From Saccostrea cucullata (taxonomy: Eukaryota), in assembly GCF_032062105.1 (NCBI RefSeq), contig NW_026938483.1, forward strand, positions 1 through 64,000: 64,000 nucleotides of DNA. Direction: 5' to 3'. Made by a program: the position numbers and the translations under genes. The first letter of the stretch is position 1; each line of letters starts with the position of its first letter. The notes beneath the pieces are model-generated. The model saw only the letters and a program-made list of their open reading frames with translations, searched no databases and was not told the origin of the DNA. Of this stretch, positions 39,596-51,500 are shown one piece after another.

Positions 39596-42500
39596 ATGGC
39601 GACGGCGTCAGAAAATGATTGCCTTAATGATCCAAACTTTGCAGTAATATGCAATTTTTTGGACCGCTTTGGTGAAATAATAGGTCTTGGTGATATATCT
39701 TACACAGATCTCCAAACATGGCTGGAAGACACGAAGCATGGTCCGTTGGAAATTAATTTTTTTGTATTGTTTACATCATGAACAACAAAATATCTTTGTT
39801 TATCTTTTGTAATTACTGCACTGCCTATCAATTCAAATCATTATTGCATTAACGAATTTGACTCTTTCGTTTTCGTAGTTTGCTGTTCAAATGTAACACT
39901 TTTACCAGTTACGCTTTTCTTCAAGCATTTGAGAGAAATCATGAAAACAAAGAGCATATAATGAATAAATATTGAACTTAATCAGAACTTTATGCATATA
40001 TACCATTCGTTTTGAACACATAAACTTTATATTTCTTGATTGAACAAATACATTTTTATTTAGAACAAAATTATGATTATCCATAATTCAATATTTAAAC
40101 TGAATTTGTTTTGCAGTACCCTCATTTTTAGTCGATTTGCATGTGAAACTTCTAAGAAGAATGGGGAAAAGTTCAGTGTCGACTGACAAATGGGAGCGAT
40201 ATGTCATTAAGGTAGAACATTCATTATAATGTCGTATTAGGTATATGCTCATGGAAAGATCCATTTTGACATTTATATATACAGTAAAACTTGTTTAGTA
40301 CTAACACGGATATTGTGAATTCATGGATATAGCAAGTTATCTTTGATCCCCAGCTATATAGATTGAACAAATTTCTTAAACGGATATAATAAATTATGGA
40401 TATAGCAAAGTAATTTCATACAAACATGGCTATTGCAAATTCACGGATATAGTGAAGTTATCTTTGATCCCCAGCTATATAAATTGAACGAATTTCTTAA
40501 AAAGATGTAACGAATTATCACGGATATAGCGAAGTGATTTCATAGGTCCCAGTGACTTTGTTATAACCGAGTTTTACTGTATTCCTTATCAATAGCAAGC
40601 AAGCAAACGAGTGTCATGCTTCCCCAATCTCCATGGCTCTATTTATTTAAAAATTATCATCATGTAACATACTAAAGATCTATTACAATTCACTTCATAT
40701 AACCATTGACACATAATTCGAAATGCACTTAGTATATGCCTTGAACCAGATATATTATCTTAAAATACTTGGTATAAATTTCCAGCTATTGTATACTTTA
40801 TGATTTATGGATTCTTTTTATTCCTTTGTTTAGTTCATACACACCTACTCCAGTGTTGATGCCTGGGAGGTAGAGAGATTTGGATACAAGCATTGCAAAA
40901 TAGCAACGAAACTAACAATCTTAAAGGTATGTTTACTGTACTAATAAAGATTAATTCTGCAGATAAAGAGATTATTCAATAGAGGTAATTTATAAGAGAC
41001 TGGTGATTTTGTATTGATATAGTAACTTTCCAATATGGAATTGATAAACACGTAATTTTTGTATGATATTTAAGAAATTAAAATGAAGATTCATTGTAAA
41101 TGGCTAACAGATGATTAATTTAATTTAGAACCTCCTTGAGAAGCAGTTTGACTTCAACTCAAAGTTTAAAGAACAGATAAATGCCAAGCCTGCTGAGGAT
41201 ATGAGGTTTGAGCCACTTGGTCGAGATAGAAATGGATTAGCCTACTGGTATCTCATTGTAAGTAACGAGCATTCTTAGAAAAAAGCCAAGTCTACAATCT
41301 GTCTAGGATATTTTTGTAATATAGTGAAAGTAAGATGGACTTCCTAAGCAATTGCTGAAAAGCTTTAAGAAAATCTACCTGATCATAATAATTCTTTTGG
41401 TGTTTTATATGACTTCCTTTAAATAGAAAAAAAAGTTTGGGATTTAAACTACTTTTGACAGTGAATTGATTCTAAAATTTCATGATTTACTCTCTAAACT
41501 TTGAAATTTTGTATTGAACTAAAGTGGATCATGTATTGGTATATAACCCTCTTTATGGTTGTTTGTTTACGCAGGATAAGGAGTTCAATGTCCGCGTGTA
41601 CAGAGAAGATCAGGATGACATTGACGCAGAAACCTGGGAAGTTGTTTGCAAGTAAGAAATGAAAAATAACAGACATATCATAAAAATAAAACCATAGGGT
41701 CAATAAGTAAGCTATGAAAAATAGCCCATATGTCATAAATACATCTGTGATTAACATATTTTCAGGCATTACAGAAGTAATATAACTTTAATTAACTTAT
41801 AATCTCCCTCACTTCATTTGTCTGATTACAGATTTATCATACTTGAATGATACCAAGAGACATCACATAGGAAAGCCATTCACTTCAACATTAATTATTT
41901 TCAGCATTTTTTAGCATGTACATGTATATATACCAACATGTGCATCACAGCACTTATTGACACATGTATCATCTGACAAACTCAACAGTGTTCCAGCTAG
42001 GATCTGAAAATGGAGGGGTGCAAGAGAAAGGCACTTTTTTGCGACTTGCCGTTAATTTGTCGCGAGCTTTTGTTACATAGGCATATCTCATCACTTCACC
42101 GTTATAAAAATGAATTACTTCAAATATCATTAATTTAACCTTATTGATTTGAAAGATAATTACATAAACACATACTGATAAACTCATTTAAAAGTATATT
42201 TATTAGCTAAGTAATTTAAACATTTAAGAATTATAATTTCAATTAACTCTTTTCCCCTTAGACCTTTCCCTCCTTTACCCCTTAATGACGACTTTTGACG
42301 CCTAGCCCCCAACCCTTAATGATGACTTTTGACGCACCTGTATTTCATTGTTGAATTGACTTGAAATTACCGCTTGTTTACAAAATATCAGAGCACAGGT
42401 GGCCACCTGCAGGTTAACAATAGATGATTGCATCATACTACAGTTAGAAATCACGTGATTTACCTGTGTAAACAAACAATAGAATCTTGGAAAGTCCCAC

Positions 42501-45500
42501 CAAAATTCAAAATGGCGGACTGTTACATACGATGTTTTTTGAGCATATAACTCAGTAAATACGCAATATTTTCTTATCCAGTAAAGCATTACATGAAATT
42601 CGAGCTATAAACTACCTATTTCTTGAAAGGTTTGAAAATTATAATGATCTATATGTGTAATATACTCCAACATAAGTTATGAAAATTCTGTGAAGTTCGG
42701 GACCGCGCAGTGCCGATTTCGTTACCTGCTTCTCACAAATTCAGAAGATACCTTCCATTTTACACATATTTATAAATGTAAAGGTGTAGAAAATAATTAT
42801 TTTAATAGAATTGGATCATTAAAGTATCCAAAAACGTTCAGAAATCAAGTTTTAGGATGCAAGTCTGAAAATTTGTCGGCGAGATAATCAGATTGACATT
42901 GAAGAAGCACTACAATTTATTGATTTCTGAGTAATTAAACTTATAAAATTGATAATAAATAATAATTTAACCATCAATTATATCATCACACATATTCTTT
43001 ATTTATACAGGCAATTTTGGCTTATTAAAGCCGTTTTACATGTTGAAAATATCTATTTTTCTATTTACACCTGCTTTTACCTGAATTATTTTTTAACAGA
43101 AAATTCCGATCTAAATTATGTAAAAAGATTTGAAAAATTTAATTTATTACGAATACAATGATATATAATACATACCGGTAGTATAAATGAAATATTTTGA
43201 CCCTTAATAGTTCAGTTTTAAACTGCACTCCAATTCTTCTAAAACGCTCTAAGGGGCAGCCAGGCAAACACTCTAAGGATATGGCCAGTGCGTCAAATCG
43301 TGGCATTAAGGGGTAAAGAGTTAAAGATCATCTTAGGATAAGTGTTACTTTTCTTCCATCATTTTCAATCATGTATTGCTTCAAATATTTGAATATTAAT
43401 AGCTAGTCCATGATTTGTTGTATGAGATATACGTCTCTTTCTACATATTTTGGAGGGGCACGTGAATGTAGGATTTTATATATGCTTGATTAAATTTTTT
43501 ATTAGTGTTTTATGAAATTAGATAGATTTTAAATAAAAAAACTAATTAAAAAACATTCTGCTCAAAGTTCTACTTTCAACTTCCCGTGCTGAGCAAGGGA
43601 ACTTGTCTTTTGCATGTATATGTCGTACTTTAAATAATGTAAACTTTTATATGTAGGGGTAATGTAACGTTTTTTGTAGCAGTAATGACCATGTAGCGGT
43701 AATGAAAATTTTTAAAATATAACGGTAATGATACGCACCCAATTGAATGTTGGGACCTGTACAGTATACAGGTACTGTAATGCGAGTTCATTACGTAATC
43801 GTTTATGGCAGGAGGTGTGAATTGTTGATAGGCCTCAGGTATTCTGCTTTGGCACACATTAATTATTTTAATGAGTGAAAAGGACAGTCAGAATGATACA
43901 GGACACAAACAAGGGACATAGGGACGCCTGCTAGGGGCACAGGGGTGCACTGATTTGAGGGCGAGGCGCGGTGCCTCTCCATTTCCCTCTAGCTGGAACA
44001 CTGCTCAAGGAACATATTAAAACTCACCCAAGCAGAAAATAATTACCTGCATTTCATTTTCCTTTTTGCATTAAGATGAGGGGATTATGGATTATCTGTT
44101 TTGTTTATAAGGAACAGGAATGACCTGGCTGAGTTGATTGACTCGCTGGAGGATCAGATCGCTGGTAATGAGGTCAAGGAGGACAGCGAGTCCGAGGCTG
44201 GTAAGTCAGGGTACGACAGTCAACCAGGTATTGTTCTGGGTACGACAGTCGACCAGCTAATGTCCTGGGGAGAAAAAGGCCATAAGGCAAAAGAAGATTG
44301 AAAATTAAGAATATTTCTGTTCATGTACTGCAGATAATAGAATAGTGTGTGATTTTATTTTCAGATACCTATTATATTTGATAAAAATAAGTTTATGGCA
44401 ATCAGCGTCAATATTTGATAGGGTTATGCATGTACATACTTGTATACTAATGAACCTGATCGCTATGTAAATCTCTTTTTGATAAAGTTGTACGTTCATG
44501 AATACTTATGAATATGATCCAATTTTTACATTAAACAGTATCATTGACAGAGAACACAAATGGTGCAGTCAAGAAAGAAGAGAAGGTGGATTCAGCTGAG
44601 GAGGAGGTGAACGGTTCATCCACCGTGAAGAAGGAACCAGATAAGATGGACGAAGTAGACGGAGCAACGGAAGAAAAGGATGATAACACAGAGGAAAAGA
44701 AAAATGTTGACGCAGTAAAATGTGAAAGTAAGGACCCAAAACAGAAAGTGAAAGTAGAGGTCAAAAGTGAAGATTCTGTACAGGAGGAAAAGAATGTCAA
44801 GATGAAAGAAGAACCTCATCAAGAAGTGAAATTAGAGAATTCTGTAAAGGTTGAAGAATCTTCTACTAAAGAGGAGAAAATTAAAGATAAAGAAATTAGT
44901 GTTAAAAGTGAGATCCCTGAAGAACAGGGAGGAAAAGAGGAAAAGGGGGGTAATAATGAAGACACTGTGACAGTGAAACTGGAAAAAACAGATATTAAGG
45001 AAGAAAGGCCCACAAAGATAGACATGCAAGATAGAGTGGAAGAGGCAGAAATTAAAAAGGAAGAATCCACAGATGTGGATGCATGTACAATGAGTAAAGC
45101 AGAAGAAGCAGAAATCCCAAAGGAAAATGAATTGGCAGATACCTCACACAAGGGAAAGGAGGGGGCACCTGATGAAGACGACCACAGCAAGGGGGGAGAG
45201 ACAGGAGAAACTAAAACTGAGAAATCTGTAGAGGCTAGTGCTTCAGGTGATGAACCTTTGGAGACTAGTGCTTCAGGAGTTAAAGATACTGAACCAGAAA
45301 ATAGTAAAACAGATGGAATGAAAAAGGGAGAGCAATCAGAGGTAGCGACCTCAGTGAAAGAGACCAGGGAAACTGACACATCAGGTAGCAATGTCTCAGT
45401 GAGTAGTAATGATAAAGCAGTGGGTGGGGAGAACAGGGAACAGGAAAGGTTAACTGGGACTGATACGGTAGAATGCACTGATAATAAGACAACTGAGGCT

Positions 45501-48500
45501 GATAAAACTGTCAAGTGTGATTCTGTAAAAGAAAAGGGTGATCCTGAAGATCGAAATTCTAACAATATTGAACCTAATGAAGCAAACAATCACAGTAAAA
45601 GTAGTACTGTCACTGAAAATAAGACAGAAATTGATACTGAAAAAGAAGATATTCTGAAAAAAGATGATAGTGAATTAAAGTTAAGTCCTGAAAAAAATGT
45701 GAATGACACTTATAATGAGAGTAAAGAAAAAGCACCTGAAGAGGAAAGCCACAAAGAAGAAGAAAAAGTGAAGTTAAAGGACAATAAAGATTTGAAAGAT
45801 TCAGGGAAGGAGGATAAATCAGGGAATATCCCTGAGAAAAGTCCAGCTACAAAGTTGTCTGGTGATGGTGAGGTAGAATCTCCAAACTCAGAAAGTAAAG
45901 AAACACAGAAAACCGAAAATAAGGAAACCAAAGAAAATACACAGAGTGATGTCTCTGCAGAAATTACAGAGAGAGAAACACAGGAAAGTACAGAAAATGG
46001 AGAAGCTGGAACAGTAGATGCCAATAAGAGAGAAAGCAACATAGAGGTTACATCAGAGGAGGCAGGCAAAGGTAAACATGATCAAACATCAGAGAAGCCT
46101 GACCTTACATCCAATAAGTCTGAGGTTTCAACAGAGAAACCTGACCATACAACAGATAAGTCTGATATTACATCCAGTAAGTCACAGCAGTCTGCAGAGA
46201 AACCTGACCATACAACAGATAAGTCTGACGTAACATCCAATAAGTCTGAGGTTTCCACAGAGAAACCTGACCATACAACAGATAAGTCTGATATTACATC
46301 CAATAAGTCACAGCAGTCTGCAGAGAAACCTGACCATACAACAGATAAGTCTGAGGATTCTACAGAGAAGAAAAAGGAGAAAAATGATGATGACAGTGAA
46401 AATAAATCAGCTGAGAAAACAGAAGAATCTACTAAGGAATCAAAAGAAGCGCATTCTGAGAATGATTCTAATGCTCTGAAACTGAAAGAGAAAACAAAGA
46501 AACCAAACCTTAAAGGGGGCCGTAAGAGAGGGATAGAGTACGAAGAATCAGCTGAAGATTCCCCCGTAGAACCCAACTCCAAAAAAGCCAAGGATGGCAA
46601 GAAAATCATTCCACGGGGAAAACGCAGGACTCCAAAGAAAGTGGACTCCTCTTCTGACAGCGATGATGTACCACTGAGTAAAATAGGGGCCAAGAATGGG
46701 GACTCCAACAGAAAACGCCCCGAGTCATCCCCCAATGTACCCTCCAGGAAAAGTAACAGACCTGTCAAGGTAATCAAAGAAATTACATTCCATTTGTAGG
46801 TTCTCTTGAACATTTCTTAGCCCATTACACGTAATAATTATTATAGTAACAGAGTTTCAAATTTCTAGATCAGTGTTGTTAGCTGATACCTTATATCTCC
46901 TTTCAAATACTTGCAATACTTTTTATATATGAATTGAATTTATTTCAAAGCTAAAATCAGTATGACAGCAATTTCTTTACAATTGCAAAATCAGTAAAAT
47001 AAAATTAAGATCTAATTCTGTCCAAGAACTATATAGTTGTTTAATGGTGCTAACTAATCGATAATATGTTTACAGAAGAAGAAAATTTCCAGTGAAGAAG
47101 AGGATGAGAGTCCAAAGAAAACAAAGTCTAAACGAAAAAATAATATGGAGAAAGGGAGTGATAGTGAGGAGGAAGGGAGCCCAGCACCAAAGAAAAACTC
47201 CAAGAAATCAAAACCACCCACCAAAAAGACAAAGAAACAAGAACCGGACTCTAGTGATGAAGATGTCCCACTCAAAAATACGAAAAATGCTAAAAACAAA
47301 CCAAAACCGAAGTCTGAGGAAGCTGTTCCTAGCGACGAGGACGACCAGGGGAGGAGGAGGAGTGCTCGCGTGAGGAACATGAGACAGAGAAAGGAGCCAA
47401 CACCTGAGCCCTCGAGCTTCGAGGAGGACAATGTGGACAGCGAGTTTGAGATCGGCTCAGAACAGGAAACTACGGACGACGAATTTACTCCAACCAAAGG
47501 ACGCAATGCACAAAGACAAGAAGCCCGTAAACGTAAGTTAGAATCTACAGGTATGAAGTTTTTAAGTGCTATGGCAGAACTCCAGAAATTTTTTTCAAAG
47601 CAGTTGGTACATTAAGATTTTTTTTTCTCAAAGATGACAGGAATATAGAAATTCTTTTTGATGTCTTGGCATTCATGATGCCAAAGATGTCTGTTCCTTC
47701 CTTAAATTTTTTTAAAAATCAAAACCTTTACAGAAATGTCCCCTTTCTGTTTGTAGGTCAGTTAGAAGAAGACGAAGCAGAAGAAGATATTCCTAATGAT
47801 ACACCGTGCTGTAAATGTCAGAAAACTCATCAGCCAGAATGGGTAAAACATTTACCTTTTGTATTATAAATATAGTCAACACAAGCAAGCTACGAAAATA
47901 GTAACATAGCAATAGCATATACTAAATTTTCTTTAAGATTCAGTATGTGTTAATTATGTGTTTCGTTGATCATTATACCGTGGCTTTCTACACTGCCTGT
48001 TTTAAACCTCCACAGAAAATTAGATTTCTGTTTCATTTTTACTGTGTGCCTGTCTTAGATCACCACTGATAATTAACTCTGTTTCAGTTATTATTGTGTG
48101 ATAAATGTGATGCAGCCTTCCACACCGCTTGTCTCCGACCACCACTTATGATTATTCCGGACGGAGATTGGTACTGCCCGCCCTGTGAACATGTGAGTCT
48201 CGAACCTTAAATTGTTAATAACGAAAAGTTTCCAAGTGTTGTTTCCATAGTAAATGTCATATAAATATTGTATATATACCTCAGAAATAATTCTAAAAAA
48301 AAGAATTCAGAGTCATGGACATATCGTAACAGTTGCTTATTGAGATGAACACATAGTACATGTAGTTGATCATTGAATACATTTCAGAAATCTCTGGTCA
48401 CTCGGTTACAAGAAAATCTTAAAGACTTAGATACCAATCTAAAGAAGCATGAGAGAATTATTAAAAGGTAAACCTGAAGGAAATTCAGATGCATAAGTAT

Positions 48501-51500
48501 CTCTGCCATTTGAATTTTTTTTTATAATATTCTTGATGAGAAGAGCAGAAAAAAAATGAATTTAACTTGTCTATTAATCTTCTTTTTTCATTTATTAACT
48601 CTTGTGTCAATAATTTTGACATGATGAGGGACAAACTGAGAATTAAATACACATTTTGATATACTCTCATTCACATGTTAATTGTAAAAACTGTCCAAAA
48701 TGTCATAAAGTATACAAATTAGTAGCATTTTTGTTTATCTTATGGAGATTGTCAATGGAGAATAATAATCTAAGCTGTTATTTATAAAGCTGTAAAAAAA
48801 TTTATTTTCCAGAAAACAGAGGCTAGCATATGTTGGAATTAGTTTAGACAACATTCTGAAAGAGGTAAGTCCTGTTTTGTTCTGTTTTATTCAGTAATGG
48901 TTTATATCTGTACCTCAACTTTAGGTTCATCATCCAAATGTTAACAAGTAAAACTTAACACATGATTTTCCAGAGGTAATGCACACAGTTTAAGCATAGA
49001 TTTGTTTATACCTTTTGGGCACAAATTGTGCCGAAACGTTTAAAATATTATATAAATGAAAAAAAAGATATTAATCCATTGAGAGTTATCCCCCTTATCA
49101 ATGTAGGTTTACCTTAATGAAGCCCCTGATTTTTACCAGTTCTTTCCTTTGTTTATAATTTTAATGAACTGTTTTTAGGAGTACAAGGAGAGGAAGGAGA
49201 ATATAGCCCCAGAGGAGGAATACGAGAGTGAGGAGGAAAGCCGCGACAGTTTTAACCCCAAACCCCGCAAAAGTAAATACATCAAACGCTCGTGTAGACA
49301 GCGGAACACCATCAGCTACAAGTTTGAGGACTTTGATGATCTGATTGACAAGGCCATTAAACAGGAGGTGGAGGAGGTTAAAGAGTACAAGAAACATAAC
49401 TACGGTGGGTAATATAGGGGAGTCCAGAAACATAAGTATAACGATGGTAGTCAAGACACATAACTATGATGGGTCTTATAGGGGAGTCAAGAAACTATGG
49501 CTGGTGGATTAGTGTAGTCAGAATTGTATGTAAAAAGTACATTTTTAGAATAAGTGTAATATAAAAAATGAACTGTTTACATGTATGTTCATATATTTGC
49601 AATTTCAGGTGTAATTTGCAATGCCATTCAGCACATTACAAAGTTGCATTATTTTTGCAACTGCAGACAAGCAAACCACACAAGAGATTTGTGAATTTCC
49701 TTTCTGACAAAGGATTTGTTCTTTTTCCAGGTCGCAGTCGAGGTAAGGACATGGCCAATATTTACGAAGCTGAGGGTCGTGAATACGTACCCTCCGATGA
49801 AGAGAAATCTGACAAGCCACCACCAGTGGTCAGCAGGAAAAAGCGAGCCCGACGACTGACGACACTGGACAGCGACGATGACAATGACGAGGGAGATGAA
49901 AGTGAAGAGTTCCATCTCTCAGAGTAAGACCTGTCTGATGAAATTCTGTGTCAAAGTTTGATCTTTATCATTTTTTGAAATAAATCAACAGAATAACAAA
50001 ATTGTACTCACCTGGAAGTACCCATGAACTAGGTACCAGTACCTCTGCTCTCCTTCAAAAAGTACTGATTAGAAAAAATAACAGTCTACAGCTGACTTTA
50101 AAATCCACACAGATACAAGTATTACTTGAAATTGGTCAATCAGCTTGCATTAGTGTTATGCTTATCCTTATCATAAACAAAGGGAAACACCCATTGTCTT
50201 TCATTTGATTCTTATCTGAAATGTTTGACAAATTTCATCTTAGGGTTGTTGGAAGTTATGATTGCCTACTTTCTGTTTGATAGTGAGACTGTGTCTGAGA
50301 TAACTCCCTACTTTCTGTTTGACAGTAAGACTGTGTCTGAGATAGTTCCCTACTTTCTGTTTGACAGTGAGACTGTGTCTGAGATAGTTCCCTACTTTCT
50401 GTTTGACAGTAAGACCGTGTCTGAAGTTATAACCCCATACTTTCTGTTTGACAGTGAGACCGTGTCTGAGGTTATAACCCCTTACTTTCTGTTTGACAGT
50501 GAGACCGTGTCTGAGGTAGTTCCCTACTTTCTGTTTGACAGTGAGACCGTGTCTGAAGTTATAACCCCTTACTTTCTGTTTGACAGTGAGACTGTGTCTG
50601 AGGTTATAGCCCCTTACTTTCTGTTTGACAGTGAGACCGTGTCTGAAGTTATAACCCCTTACTTTCTGTTTGACAGTGAGACCTTGTCTGAGATAATTGT
50701 CTACTTTCTGTTTGACAGTGAGACTGTGTCTGAGATAATTCCCTACTTTCTGTTTGACAGTGGATATAACTCCCTACTTTCTATTTGACAGTGAGACCGT
50801 GTCTGAGGTCCCTGAGGAGGAGCAGGAGGACAGTGAGGATGATGAGGATGAGGTGTCAGACTACAGCGAGGACGGAGAGGGCTGGAGGTCATGTCGAAGG
50901 TCATCCAGGTACGGGAAACCCACCAGGAGGAGCTCACGCAAACGAGGACGACACTCCATCTTCAAAGACTTTGGTAAGAGATCTTTCATTTGTTTTTAAC
51001 TCAGCTCAATGAAGTCAATATGAGATAATGCTATTTCCCCCCACCCACTCCTTACCCCTGAAGCCTTGGCTTTGGTGTCAGGGTTGGCATCATACTTACA
51101 GTTTTAAAGTAAATTTCCTGCCATTTACATGTAATTATTAGAGAGTACATCATGACCCAGAACCAAGGCTATACAGTTAAAATTTGGTATCTCAAACATT
51201 GATATTTGAATACTGTGGATACGTCTAAGTGAATTAGTAGTAGTCCTAATACTTATTCTCTAAAGCATTGATACTTGATAAATCTTTTCAAATGAAATCA
51301 AACCTCTGTTTACTTTAAAGCATTGATACTTGATAAATCTATTTAATGCTATCAAACCTGACATTTCTATTTATAGTTGTTGATGAGGATGAGGACAGTG
51401 AGGACAACAGGAGGACGGCCCGGAGGTCAGTGAGGAAGAGGGCGACCTATAGAGACCCGTCCAGTGAGGAGGAAGAGGAAACAGAGGAGGAGACGGAGGA

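Noticed and set aside
50225-50788. 187-aa repetitive ORF as an independent gene, or the array as a CRISPR
   Set aside because: It is the reading frame of duplicated RSF1 acceptor units; there are no unique spacers, no cas genes, and the context is eukaryotic
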